In this document: positions 13,401 through 28,400 of the stretch, in pieces
How positions within the stretch are numbered: position 1 is the stretch's first letter
Layout of the letters: each line of letters starts with the position of its first letter
Made by a program: the position numbers and the translations under genes
Assembly: GCA_046563655.1 (NCBI GenBank)
Contig: CM102289.1
Location: 372,001-436,000, forward strand
Origin: Yuukianura sp. NJ FZ-2021
Taxonomy: Eukaryota
Direction of reading: 5' to 3'
DNA length: 64,000 bases
Notes under the pieces: generated by a model
The model's input: the letters and a program-made list of their open reading frames with translations, nothing else
The model's database searches: none
Told to the model about the DNA's origin: nothing

Positions 13401-16400
13401 GCAGCATCAGCAGACTAGTCGTTAAATTTTTCCAAGAACAAAAACTGAAACAACCAAAATTCCCTTTAAGCTTAAAACGGGAAAGGAAGAAGGTTGTAAA
13501 TTTTTTAAACTGGAAGTTTTAGAACTGCAGCAGCAGAAATTCATCCTGAAGTGAAATTCTTCCAAAAATGGCGCTTCCTACAAAAGTTAGTATATTTACT
13601 CATTCATTTTGGTTTTTGAAAACAATGCTTCTGTGTACACCTTTTGAATTCATAAAAACCAAGGCTTGTTTGGACACGCTTGCATAAAAAGTAGGTAAAA
13701 GTGCAATTTCAATTAAATTAGCAAGTAGTGAAGCTGTAGGTGGAGAGTGGAGTAACTAACCTCCGGCTGGACTTTAAGTGAGCAACAATCAACCTGCTAA
13801 ATTTTAGTAAAAGTGCAAAATCAACCCAAGAGCTGTTTGTTGACCCACAAACTAAAAATTCACATTTCATCATTAATGTGATTCATGAATTGCAAATTTG
13901 CAAATCATTTGTTCTTTCAAGACTTTTTGTAATCAACATTTTAAGGCTTGCCAATCCCCTCCGGCCTCAAATCGCAGCTAGCCTCGAATTGCTTGACTTA
14001 CCAATCGCAGCTAGCCTTCACTTGTTTGACCTAGCAATCGCACTGCCCAGCACTTGATGAAATACGAGTTGAGTTAGACCTATGTTGAAACTGGATATAA
14101 AGAGCTAGAAGTCGCAGCTTGTTGTCGCGAGTTAGACCTAGCAATTGCAGCTGAACGTAGAATGTTAGACATAGTAATCACAGCTAGTTAGACCTTAATT
14201 TCAGCTGGACACAGAGCGTTGGACCTATTTGTCGCAGCAAGTGATTGGAAGTTAGACCTAAATCGTAGCTACTCATCTCTAGCTGGACATAGTGATCGCA
14301 GCAGTCGTGCAGCTTGTTCCTAGCTGCTCAAAGTGACTTTTATTTTAGGAAGAGGTTGAAGAAAGTGACTTCAGTAGCTGGACGAGGCTGATGATTTGTG
14401 AGAAGGGTTGCTGAAAGTGTGTTGTTTTGCTGTTTGTGGAGTGAAGAAAGGACGATGGGGCTAATCTAGCTGTAATTGTGTTTCTTCTTCTTCCAACCAA
14501 CATGAGGAACAAACAGCGGAGGAGGGAGATGAGGTTGCTCTTTCGAGGGAAGCTGGATAAAAAATTAGAGACTTTGAATGAAGACCACTTTTGAGGCTCT
14601 CAGCCCTCGGGCAAAGTACATTCCAAGTGCAGTAACACGGAGGTTGGAAGCACATTATCAATCACTCCCACTTTTAGTCGATTAAAACCACCAAAAACCG
14701 ATTTCTATCATAATCTCTTGGAAATATATTTTTGAAATCGATTTGTTCCAAGGAATTTGGAAATGTTGATGTTGGTTTATAAACTTTTTTCTTGAAATTT
14801 GGTGAGAGAAAATTTGATTTTATTCAAAATTTTGAAAACAGAGTCTGAATTGCTCTCAGAGCGGATGATGTGAATCTTCCATCACTTCATCATGTTCTGT
14901 CCAAAGCTTGAAATCTGTAGTACGAAAATTTTAATTTTTTTGATGGCTGCAGAGACATGCAACGGAAAAATCATCATCATTCTCTTTTATGAAAAAAGTA
15001 AAACAAAAGGTTCAATCCATCTTGTTTTTTTTTTAAATTTAACCAAAAAAAAGTTGAAAATGTTTTTTCTAAACACAAATTCCATTCCTTTTTGAAATGT
15101 TTAGTAAAAGCTCGATCGATCTTTCCACTCCGTTGACATTTGAAACAGTAGAATTCGATTTAGTTTATCACCGACTGGAAAAATGATGAAAGTGACACAA
15201 TTTCTTAATCAGTGATGTCCACTTACCACACAGGAGTGGGCATAACTCATGCGTGGAACCTTTTACATACGTATGCGTGGAACCTTTTACATGCGCATGT
15301 GTAAAAGGTTCCCACATACATGCATCAGTTATCTACATGAGTCACAGATAGTTTCAGTTTGACCTGTCACTGTTTTTTCAAAAACACTTTTTGAAAAATG
15401 CGCCACTTCCATTTTTAGTCTTTCCGATAAAAAAGCTCTCACGAGGTCTAATGACATTCTCTTGAACTCGAATTTTCAAAAAACTTAAAAATTTTAAAAA
15501 ACTTAAAAATTTCTAAAATTTCCGTTTTTTTAGGTGTCTGCAACTGATCCGGATTGTGGCATCAATGCAGTCGTGAGTTACCGAATTCGAGAGGGAAATT
15601 CAAAATTTCGACCAATTCCTTGGACAATCAATCCGTCTACAGGCGAAATTTGTAGTTTTGCGCCACTGGATTACGAAGATCGAAATTTATACGAACTGTC
15701 TGTAGTTGCTTCAGATGCAGGTAAGCGGCAAATTCAAAATTTAAATTTCAAAATTTGAAATTCAAAGATTCAAAATTTTGAAGAGGAATGTGGCCTGTCG
15801 GCATTCCTTTGAGCGTGACTATCAAACAATGGCGGGGAGATTTAAAAGCTTAATTTACAATTTTCACTTTCGTAAAAAGTAAAGATTAGAGTTATTGTGA
15901 GGAGAGGATTAAAAAAAAAGCGGGAAAAAAGAGAGGAGCGGAAACTTTAAAAAAAAGTAATCTTTTGAGGAATGCGCAGCAGCACTAAAGTAAACTCCAA
16001 CCTTCGTTTAATTCTTTGTTGACATAATTTTAAAACCTTTGTTTACTTTACTCCGTGTCCAATTTACTAAACGTAAAAAAAGTTACGTAAACTTTACTTT
16101 TTTACGTAACGTAAAAAGTGCTTTTACGAATTGTGTGCTTTTCAGGCGGACTCTCTGCAACTGCTGTCGTCCGAATCCAGTTACTGGATGTCAACGACAA
16201 TGGTAAGGACCTTGACATTCTCTGCGTAAAATTTACGTAACTTTTACGTTTTTACGGATTTATGTTTTTACGTCTTTAGATCCTGTGTTTTACCCATCTT
16301 TTTACGAAACGACGATTCTAGAAGACAGTGAGGTCGGCACGTACGTCGTGACAGTCAAGGCCAAAGATGCGGACACTTTGGAGTCAAATATTACGTACGC

Positions 16401-19400
16401 AATTGCTGGGGGGAACGAGGGTGGATTGTTCGAAATCCACCCCAATCTGGGCACAATTACGCTAAAACGTCGCTTAACTAATGTAAAGTCGTCGAAAAAA
16501 CAATGGGAGTTGAGTATTTCAGCTACCGACGGTGGGAGTCGAACTGGCGACACCAAAGTTTTGGTCAACATCGCTGCACCAACCAGCAGCGGTCCACGCT
16601 TCACTCAAGGTCGCTACACTTTTAGAATCTTTGAAGATGCTGCGATTTACACTGTTCTCGGATCAGTTTCAGCTTCTTCCTTGGGTAAGCCTCTTCCTGT
16701 TTTTCGAAATTCAGAATCTGTAAGTTTTCAAAAAAAGTTTCAATTTTTTTTTTATCAAAAAAATTTTTTTTGAAAGTTTAACAACAGAGGCAGGTATGAA
16801 GTAAGAATGGGCACTTTAGTAGGTAGTACAAAGTGGACGTGTTCTAGGCACTGCGGGGAGTTGTTGTAAACCGTCAGCTCCCCAACGGTGCAGCGGTCCA
16901 CCGCGTCCTGACCCTGCTCGACCTTGTCTGCTAAATCAGAGTTTTAGACTACCCGGATACAATGTTTTTGTAGCTTCTTTTTGAGTTAACTACGGTGAAA
17001 GTTAAAGTTAATTGACTTTGACTAATTAGTTGTCCACTCTTTTGTTAAATTGTGGAGGACAATGACATGTGCATGTCAGATTCCATGGGTCGATTGTGTC
17101 CAAATCTTGACAGTTGATCAAGGAGGGGCCGACTTCAGTGCAAATTCACAAAGTTAAGCAAAAAATAACAATGAATTAGTAGGTGTGACCGAACTGTGTG
17201 ACTAAAACGCAGGTCACAATTGTCACTATTGTGACACTCGCTAATTGCTTCACACACTCAAATGTGTGAAAAAACACTTCCGAAAGGTCACACTTTAGTT
17301 CAACAGTTAAAACCTCAACAGTTTTAACACCGGTAGTTTTAACACAAATAGTTTTAACATCAATGGTAACATCAATATTTTTAACAACAACCCTCTAAAA
17401 ACTGCTACTCATGTAATCCTTAACGTGCCTTTTTTAAACACATAAAGTTCAAAAAATTTATAAAATTTTGAAAATTCTTAAAGTTTTTTTTTCAAGATTT
17501 TATGAGTATTGAACCATTTGGAGAAATGTTTGACAAGCCGTTGCACAGCGGGAGTCTGACCTGGACAAACGACCGTCTCTTTGTCATGATAAAAAGCGTA
17601 AAAGTGACAATGGGAGTGGAACTGAGGTCATTGTTGTCTAAAAAAGAACGACCTTCTCAACAATCATGTACTTTTCAAAATTTTATCAAAATTTAACTTT
17701 TTGTTTTCAGGTTCTTCGAAAGTAGTTTACTCAATTTCCTCAGGAGATGAGGACGGTTTGTTTCAAATTGACTCAAGTAGCGGACAAATCAAAAACAGCA
17801 AACCGTTGGACCGTGAAAAAATTTCGACTGTTTTACTGCTCGTCACTGCTCAAGAACAAAATCTACGCAGCATCAGTCATGCACAGGTAAAAAAAAATTT
17901 TTTTTTCGAAACCGCTTGAAAACTAAAAGATTTTGGTTTTTCATTACGTCTTGAGCTATTTGAAGCCCTTAGTTGATTTCTCGAAAGTTTAGATGGAAGT
18001 CTTCCAAAACTCAAAATTTGAAATTAGTAATTTTTTCTTTTTAGGTTGAAATTCAAATTCGTGATGTGAATGATCACTCACCGGAATTTGAAAGTTCTGT
18101 GTTGAGTATTTGGGTAGCAGAAAGTGCAGAAGTGGGTTCGGTAATTTACGTTGTCCGAGCAACAGATGAAGATGAAGGGAACTTCGGAAAAGTGGGATAC
18201 CGAATTCTGGAAGATCCTTCGGCACTGTTCCGGATCCACTCGGAAACCGGTGATCTCCGACTGGTTCAATCGCTGGATTTTGAAAAAGTCAAAAAACACG
18301 AACTCGTGATTGGCGCATTCGATTTTGGAAATCCACCAAGGTCATCAAACTGCACAATTTCAGTGGAAGTGCAAGATGTAAATGACTGTAGTCCAAAATT
18401 TGAGGAAAACACGTACCACGTGACTGTGTCAGAATCTTTGGCGCCAAATTCAAATCTGATTGAGGTAAATTCAAAATTTTGAAAAAAAAATCTGTTTTAG
18501 TCAGTTCCGTTTTCAAAATGCCGAAAGTGAGAAATTTAGAGTGTCAAAAATATTTCTAAACAAGTAGATGCAAAAAAATTTTCTTTGACTTGTGACATTT
18601 ATGTCCCTGCACCAGTGAGACCAAGGGTCATTGACCTTTGACTTTGTTGTGATATGGGTACTTGACCTTTGATTGTTTTTGTGATGTGGGTACTTACTGG
18701 GTACTTGATCTTTTAGGTACGAGCGGAAGATGCAGACGTCGGCAACAATGGACGGATCACTTACAGCCTGTATAGAAACGGACGGACTGAGGGGCCCTTT
18801 GACATATTTCCGGCCACAGGAGTCCTGTACCTCAGGGGGGCCCTTGATCGAGAAACACAAGCAAAGTACCCAGTCGTAATTGTCGCAACTGACCACGGTC
18901 TCCCGCCACTCTCTGCCACAACTACTGTCATGGTCACAGTCGATGACGAAAACGACAACGGTCAGTTCCATTTTTCAAAAAAGTTCTGAAAATTTCATTT
19001 TTTTTAATCTTCAATTTTCATTTTCATTTCAATCCAATTTTTTTTAAATGTTATTATTTTTAGACCCAATTTTTGAAAAAGCTACATACACTTTTTCTGT
19101 TGACGAAAACAACTCGGTGGGATCCTACGTGGGTCAAGTAAGGGCCACCGATTTGGACACAGGCGACAACGGGGCCCTTCGCTACTCCGTCCAAGAAAGT
19201 GTCTACGACTCTGCATTTGAAATCGACAGCATCTCAGGTGAGGAAGCAGCCTTAGACTCATTAAGGGCCCCCTAAGTGACGACCAAGGGCCCATGTCTTG
19301 TCAACCCCTTCGTCTACACATCACATCTACATTTCAAAAAAACTAATGGATTCCCTCTTTTTTCAAATTTTGAATCTCACCAGTCAAGGGCCCCCTCTCC

Positions 19401-22400
19401 CTTAATGCATTTTTGGAGCCTTCAAGGGCCTATTTCTGGATCTCCTCAAACTATTCCTCCTTGGCCAAGATTAATGACTTTAGCCTGAGGCACTTGAGGC
19501 TCCATTTTCAAAGTGGGCCCTTCAAGGGCTCCTCTTTTTTTTCATAGTGCTCCCTCGAAGGGCTCCTGTTCAAAAAAGTTGTTCCCACAGCATGGCTTTG
19601 ACGTGTCCCATTATGGCCCTATTATTGTCCACCTACACGAAAAAAACACAATGGGACCACTCCATTATCACCTCCGTCTTCAGTGTCATTCGTCACGCCA
19701 AGGTCCATTTCCATCCAAATGGAAATTTTATGAAAATTTTGAAATTGGAAATTTTGAAATTAAATTTTCAAAATTTCAATTTTGAACTGTAGCCAATGTT
19801 TGATTTGGTTTTAATTGGAATGAGTGAGGGTGGGAGCGAGAAAGACAAAGTTTGTAATTTTTATTGCCCGGAATTCATGAATGTTTTAATTTTTATAACC
19901 CCGTTTTTATGACATTTCCTTCTTTTTACTACTTTTTTGCAGTTTTTTACTGTTTTGTGTCTGTGTTTAGGAATCATAAGGACAACGCAGAGACTTGATC
20001 GCGAGAGAGTTGCTGTGTATGAGGTGCAAGTGGCGGTGCATGACCTTGGACATGCGCAGCAGAGACAGACTGAGGTCATTGCCCTCGTGAAGGTCAATGA
20101 CCTCAACGACTGCGCCCCCCGCGTTGTAGAACCGCAGGAGGAACGACTAATCGTCAGAGAGGAGCAACCGGAAGGAACGCAAGTAGCAACGATCGTAGCA
20201 ATCGACGCCGATTTGGGAAAAAATGGATCACTCGTCTACTCTCTCCTCAATGATGATGGTAACGCTCAACATTTTGAATTTGAGAAAAAAAAAGTGCAAA
20301 AAGAAAATTTTTAGTTGAATTTTTCAAATCCACAAGATTTTGATCATGCAAGCTAAAAAATTTTGATTACCCGAGACTCCCGGGTTTTTAAATCCCTTGT
20401 TTTAAAAAGTAAAAAATTCGAGAGTTTTCCGGTTTTGCAAATCCAAAAGTCTAAAAAATTTCCGGTTTGTAAAACCCAAAGGTGAACAGTTTTTCAGTTT
20501 TGAAAGCCTAAAATTTTATGTTTTGACAAAAAATTTGACATGAAAACGTTTGCAGTTTTGGAATTTGCACATTGCTTCAAAATTGAATGTTGGGAAAGTT
20601 TGAGAATTTGACGGCAGATTTGAGCGGGAAATGTGAAAAGTTTGAAAATTATGGTTTCGTTAAGTCGTTTAAAATAATTAGTAGTAGGGTGGACATCGTT
20701 CAGAGGACAATTAAATCAATTACCTCCAAAGTGGACCATCTCATTTGCGTTTTGTGCTCATCATTAATGCGCATGTCTTTTTTCATTCAACGGATCAAAA
20801 CAGGATACGACTTCACACCGTTCGACCCAAAACAGAACTTGAAATTTAAAACTTGATTGACTTTTGGTCTCAAAGAACTTTGTAATCAAGGCGGCTTTTT
20901 GAAACAATCACAAATTGACAAATGAACATCAACATCATTTTTCAATCATTTTTTTAGAACGACAGTGAAATGTGGAACAAATTTTTCAATTTGAAAAATT
21001 GAAAAACGATTTTCCCACAAAAAAAATCCTACTTAAAAAACCGTTTTATACAAAACAGTCAACTCAGAATTTTTTCTCAGAAGCTGTTTTTTTTCAAAAT
21101 TTCAGATTTTACGATTGATCCTGTATCAGGGGTCATCCGAACGAGAAAGCAGTTTCGATTTGACCTGCGCAGTAGCTACACCGTGACCGTGGCGGTGCGT
21201 GACCGTGGATCACCGCCGTTGGAGACTTTGCAAAACTACCGTATCGAGGTGATTGAATTGGACGACGCTTTTCATCAAACACAAACCGGTTCCAAGTTGA
21301 CTTTTGAGGTAACACAACTAAATTTTCAAATTTATTTTCAAATTTTAAAATTCGAAACTTCAAAATTTTACTTTTTAGGTTGTCGAAACAGCTCCAGTTG
21401 GACACTTAGTGGGATCACTAAGACGTGACGATGAAAACGAGTCTCGCATGACCTTTGACCTCATCAGAGCCAACAGTTCCGACGGAACTTTTGAACTGGA
21501 CAAACGAAACGGCAAAATTTATTTAGCACGTAACCTTGACTACGAAGTCACTTCAGAGTACAACTTCCAAGTTCGGTTTACCGAACCGTCCGGTACGTTC
21601 GGTTTGCGGCAAGTGACAATTCTAGTGAAAGATGAAAACGACGAAAAACCGACATTTCCGAATGATCCCGTGGAAATCCGAGTGTCGGAAGATGTTCTGG
21701 TGGGATCGGGAATCTTCAACTTAAGTGCAGTGGATTTAGATGGTGGACCGAACGGTATCGTCCATTATGCGATATCGTTTCAAAAACCGAGTTCGAAGTT
21801 TCGGATTAACACACTCACGGGAAGAATTCATGTTCAAGAGGCGCTGGATTTTGAGAAAGAAACGTCGTACGTTTTGGGTGTTACGGCAACTGATCAAGCA
21901 CTTGATGCTGGCAAGCGTTTGTCAACTTCTGTCACCCTGCACATCTTAGTCGGTGAGTTACCTTTTTTCAAAAATTTCAAAAAAAGAAAAACTGGAAACC
22001 TTTAAATTTTTTTTTGAAACTTTCAGATGATGTGAATGACAACGCTCCACGATTTTTGACCCCACCGAAGATTTCTGTTGGAAGTGGAGAAAGTGCTGGC
22101 AGTACAATTCACACTGTGATTGCAGTGGATAGTGACAGTGGGGTTAACGGTGAGGTTACGTACGGAGTGGACGCCAGTTCGAATCAACCTCACCTCTTCA
22201 ATCTGGATAGTCAAACGGGACATCTTAAAATCACTAAAAACTTTCCCTCCGAAAAACTTTCTTACATTTTAAACATCACTGCAACCGATGGCGGTTTTCC
22301 ACCTAAAATTTCTTTTCAAAATTTACATATCACTGTGGAGGCCATGGATACAAATCCACCAAAATTTGAAAAACAAAAATACACCGCTAAAGTACAAGAA

Positions 22401-25400
22401 AACGCTATGAAAGGAACTCCAGTCATCAAAGTTTCAACAATTTCAAAAGACAATCGTAAGTTTCAAAAAATGCTCACATTTCAACTTTTTTAAAAATCAT
22501 TATTCTCCACTCTTTTCAAAAATCAACTAAAATCTGCTTAAAACATAAATAAACGCAAAAAGAAATTGGAAAAAGTAAAAATGTCAGAAAATGGACATTA
22601 AAAAGTTGAAAACAGAAAAAGTTCAACAAAATCTCCTTTAAAACTGTCCAAGATGTCGACATTAAAAAGTTCAAAATTTAGACACGAAGGGTTCCAAATT
22701 GTTGGAGAAAAAAAGCTCAAAACTTTTTGTCGTAATTACTTAAGACCTCATGAGAACTTTTTTAAGTAATTTTTATGATTTGGAATTTTGAACTGTTTCT
22801 AACGAGTGGGAAAATTTGAATTTGAAAAACAGTTTTTGACTTTTGTTTCTCATAGTTTTCCACTTTAAGAACTTGATTTGATGGGAAGTTGATTTTATTG
22901 ACAGTTGATAATTGAGTGAGGGGGTTTTGCGAGGTGGGCGGTTGAATTTCAAATTTCTCATTTCAAAAGAGTTGCATGATGCTTCGTTTTTTTCGAAATT
23001 TTTTTTGAATGATTCTTAACTCGTTTTGATTCTCACATGCACAGGGCCTAATAATACGGTGCTCTACGTCCTGCCTGAGGCCCAATCTGAAAACTACTTT
23101 GGAATTCAACCAATGTCCGGATCTCTGTCAGTCACGTCACAGCTTGACCGTGAGGTCAGGTCAGAGGTCAACCTGACCGTCTATGCTTTTGATGCTGCCA
23201 TGGAAACGATGTTCGACAAAACTTCAGTCACCGTCAAAATTGTCGACACGAATGACAATCGGCCAAAGTTTTTGTGCCCATTGCTGCGTGTGCCTGAAAA
23301 TCAAGAGTTAGGGGTGATTCACACCTTCGCGGCGAGTGATCCTGACGTGGGCCGCGGCGGTGAAGTGACTTTTTCAATTACTAGTGGAAACCATGACAAT
23401 ACTTTTAGCATTGACCTCCACTCGGGTCAACTGAAATGCCGACCGCTGGACAGAGAGCGCAGAAGTTCTTATGTTTTGGTCATCACTGCGCAGGATCAAG
23501 GTCTTCCTGCTCAGAGAGCTTCTTGTAATGTCACGGTCACGGTGACCCCGGATGAAAACGACAACTCACCAGAATTTGTACAAAAAGAATATAAAGCAAC
23601 CGTGAGAGAAGACGCAGCGGTAGGAACGACCGTGTTGAGTGTAGAAGCAACCGACGCAGACTTGGGAAACAACGCAGCTATTTCATATTCTTTGAGTAAC
23701 GTCAGCTCACCACACTTTAGAATCGATGAAAAAACGGGAGCCATCACAGTGGCAGGGTGAGTTGAAACAAAAAATATTACAGACAGAGGGATTCGAACCC
23801 ATGACTCTGCTCATTAAAGTTAGCGTTTTCGCCATTTTGCTAACTAGCTCCTTGGGCTATTTTTTCCTAACGATAAATGAGCAGCGTCATGAGAAAAAAA
23901 TTACACGAAGTGTGATTCGAACCGAAGACTCTGCTCAGAGAGAACTCGGCTTTTTTGGTGCCGTTTTTCCTAGAGTGAGCAAAGAGCAGAGTCCTCGGTT
24001 CGAATCCGATTGGGATCAAAATTTTTATAAGTAGATTTTTCTAAAATTGTTTAATTTTGAATAATTTTTTTAAAAATTTTGTTTAGAAAATTGGATCGTG
24101 AGGCTATTCGAGAGTATTTATTTGACGTTGTGGCTACTGACGGTGGAATTTACGATTCCCGCTCTTCAAAAACCAGAATATTTTTGACCGTGACTGATGT
24201 GAACGACAATCGACCGGAATTTGTGACTCCGTTAGCAACGACTGTTGAGGTCTCAGCAGATGCTAAACCTGGAACAAGAATTGCACAAGTCAGAGCAACT
24301 GACAGAGATAGTGGGGTCAACGGTCATGTGACTTACGCCCTGGAAGGTCACATGACCAAGGTCAAAGTTCATCCAGACTCTGGAGTTGTTTCAATCGCTG
24401 AAAGTCTGGAACGTGACGCTGGAAGTGTCATGACTTTGAAGGTCATCGCAAAAGACCAAGGCGTCCCACCATTGATGACGACAAGCGTAATTCAAATTTT
24501 GGTGGGTCAAGTTCCGGTGGCATCAACTCTAAGATTCACAGAAACAACTTATAAGGGCAGCATTCCTGAAAATTCTGCACCAGGAACAGCAGTAGTTCAG
24601 GTATGGTTTTCAAAAAAGTTGAAAAATTTTGTTTTCAATTGCAGATATTCATAATTTTGGAAATTTTTATTATTTAGGTCACTGCCTTGAGAAATGACGG
24701 CCGACGACAAAGAATGATTTACGAAATTATTGGAGGAAATGAAGATAGCGGTTTTGAAATTGAGAAAAATGAGGGTCAAATTCGCGTCAAAAATTCGTCA
24801 GCACTAGATCGCGAGAAACGTGAAAATTTGACGCTTGTGATTTCAGCGTCCACTGATTCTGCGACTGCGCCGTTAACTGCATTTACTGTCGTCGTGATTT
24901 CATTGGTGGATGAAAATGACTCTAGTCCAGAATTCAACCAAGATCTGTACACTGTTGCCGTTTGGGAAGGAAATAGCAAAGGAGCCTTCGTGATCCAGGT
25001 AAGATTTTCAAAATTTTGATGTTTCTTCAAAATTTTAAAATTTTAAAATTTCCTTGACAGGTTTCAGCTCATGACGCAGATGAGGGACCCAATGCACAAC
25101 TGATGTACTACATCATAGATGGGAATGAAGACAATGCTTTTGTGATCGAACCCCCGCATTCCGGTATCGTCAAAACAAATATCGTTCTGGACCGGGAAAT
25201 TCAAGAAGAGTACCGACTGACGATCGTTGCCACGGACGACGGTACGCCACAATCAAGCGGATCTTGTGTACTCAAGGTCAAGGTCATAGGTATGAACATA
25301 CTTTATACTATATTGAACTATGTTACTATTACAAAAAGAAAAAAAAAAGCTCGAGAGGGATTCGAACCCAAGTCTACCGTTCAGGGGTAATCACTCTCGC

Positions 25401-28400
25401 CATTGAGCTACCCGCTTCCTTTCTGCTCTCAAATTCTGCCTTTTTACTTGAATGTTTATTATATATTTTATTTATAATATTATTAAATATATTTTATGTG
25501 ATGTTATTTTTTCAGATTTGAATGACAACGTACCAACCTTTCCACCGGTATCGGACTTGAGTGTGTCTGAGTCTGCACCAATAGGAACTCTTGTTACAAC
25601 TCTCGTAGCCAATGACGTTGATGCACATCCCGATTTGGTTTACACTTTTGAATCAAATCCTGGCGCCTTTTTTTCACTGGGAAAATACGATGGACGGATT
25701 TGGTTGATGAAAGAATTGGACTACGAAACGAAAAAATCGCATATGTTGAAAGTTCGCGTTTCAGATTCCGTCCATGAATCATTGACGGACGTCAAGGTCA
25801 ACGTCATTGACGGTATGAAAAACATGAGATATTACACTAACTAAATAAGACAATATACAAAATACGATTGACAGGGCAAAAAAAGTCAGATACAAGTGGG
25901 ACTTGAACCCACATCTCTTTACTTCGAGAAGATGCTCTCTACCAATTGAGCTATCACGTTACATTCGCACAGTGTGCTAAAAAGTTTTGTAAATTTTTTA
26001 GCCAACGACAATCCACCACGGTTTTTAAAAGAAGTTTACGAAGCTGTCGTTTCAGGTAAACAAAATTTTGAACTTCGGTTTGCGTTCCTTTTAAAAATGG
26101 AAGCTTTTTGAAAATTCTCATTTTTTCTAAATTTTTAGATCGAACTGAACCTGGAACAGAAATTTTGCAAGTTTTTGCAACTGACGTCGATGCACCAGAA
26201 TCTAGCGGTCCAAAAATTAAATACAGTTTGGCCGTTTCAAATTCAGCGAAATCGCGGACAATTGGAAGTAAATTGCGAATTGACGAGTTGACGGGGAAGA
26301 TTTACGCCAACGACTCTTTTTCAAATACAAATGTACATGGATACGTGGAGTTGAGTGTGGTGGCGAGAGACAGTGGGACTCCGTCTCTGTCTTCAAAAGT
26401 GACTCTGTGGGTTCAAATCCAGGCGGCGGCAAATGGACTCATTAAATTTTCTTCTAACAAATATAGGTACAACTTCAAAATTTTACACAAAAAAAAAAAA
26501 CTGAAACCCTTTGAGACGTTTTCAAAAAACGTGTATTTTTTTCCTTTTAGTGCCGATATCCACAGAAACAGCTCAGTTGGAACCGTTTTAGTAAAACTTG
26601 ACGTCAATTCAGGTTGGCAACGTCGCAGAGACATCCATTTTCACTACGCCATCAGCACGGGAAATTCAAAAAACTTGTTTGCCATTGGAAGTCATACAGG
26701 CGAAATCTTTTTAGTCAAGACTCTAAGCACCGCGGCGGTGGAAATTCCACGTGACCTCACCGTGACTTTGACCTGTACGAGGTCAATCAAGTGCAGCGAC
26801 ATCGCAACTGTCCACATCAATGTCATCGAAGCCGACTTTTCCCCACTTTTCAAACAAACTGAGCATTCTGTTACTATTTCCGAGAAAAAACCGATTGGTT
26901 CCACAGTGTTCAAATTTGAACCAATCAGATCGTCTGATCCAGTTTCATACACGATCACTTCTGGCGGGAAAAATGGAAAACCTTTTGACCTCAACCGAGC
27001 AACTGGAGCAGTGACCTTGAGAGAAGCTTTGGATTTTGCAAAGGTCAAAGGTCATCGACTTGTGATTTTAGCAGAGTCAGGAGCGACTAAAACTCTGATA
27101 ACTCTGGACATAGTTGTGGAGGACACGAATAATCATGCGCCGCAGTTTTTGTTACCAAGCTACTTAGAGTTCGTACCGGAAAACGAACCAATCGGGACGC
27201 CCGTTTTCATTGCCAAGGTCATTGACCCTGATGGGCAAATTTTTGGAAAAGTGACGTACTCAATTTTGGAAAACAGCGCCAAACAGAAATTTGAAATTGA
27301 AGAATCAACCGGATTGGTCACAACCTCTACGACTTTCGACTACGAAACACTAAACCGGTTTCACTTTACCGTTCGAGCACTTGACGGCGGCGGATTATCG
27401 ACGACCGTCAAAGTCCAAATTGACGTCACATCTAAAGACGAGTACGCTCCAATTTTTAGACAAAAGGTGTATCGTTGGACCGTTCCGAGCAATGCCGAAT
27501 CCGGTTTCATTGTCGGTACGGTTCGGGCTACCGACGAAGACCAAGGAATTGACGGACTAGTTTTTTACACAATTTCAACTCAAAACGGACATTTTCGAAT
27601 CAACAGAACTACCGGTACCGTTTCGCTTCGTGAACCACTCCGGTCTGATCTCAACACGTCATTGGTCGTCGTAGCATCTTCAGGACAACTTGACTCAAAA
27701 TCGGCATCAGTCGGAATTCAAATCAATGTCGGTCCACCGTCGGTACATTTCGGATCGGCAAGTCACGTGAACGGCATTCCGGAGTGGCTAATCGGCGTAC
27801 TTGCATCGGCAGTACTTCTGTTTCTCGTCATTGCTGCTCTTGTGCTGATATTATTTTTGAGAAAACAGAATCGGCGAAAACGGGAAAATTCAAACCGAAA
27901 ACCCGAAATGAATTTCCCGGGAAGTGTCGGGAATTTTGATACAATGGCCTACACTACGCATTCTACTATGCTGGCTGGAGCAAGTTCTCAGCCAAACTCA
28001 CTCTACAGTCCGCAATACAGCGATTTAGCAGAGCTCAGCAGACGTCGGCATCCAGCAAGCGACTTGAGTGAAAAAAGTCAGAATTCGGCATCAAGCGGTC
28101 GCGGATCGGCAGAAGAAGAGGAAGACGAAGAAATTCGGATGATCAATGAAGGAAGGCTGACAGAACAAAAAATTCGGGAGAGTTTGGGCATGTTGCCCGA
28201 TTCGGGAATGCACGAGGATGACGCCGATTCGGTCCAAAACACAAAAGAATATCTGGCTCGGCTTGGCATTCGACCGGAACATGCTCAGATTGGCACCGAT
28301 CCAGAAGCTCACGTCTGTGCAACTGAAATTCCGTTTGACCTTTCACTGATCTACTCTCAAATTGGAGATGAAGATGAAGGAGACAATGGTCAAAGCCACG

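Noticed and set aside
25349..25962. Functional tRNA genes
   Set aside because: A/B boxes are present, but acceptor and anticodon stems do not pair convincingly, so they are treated as SINE-like.
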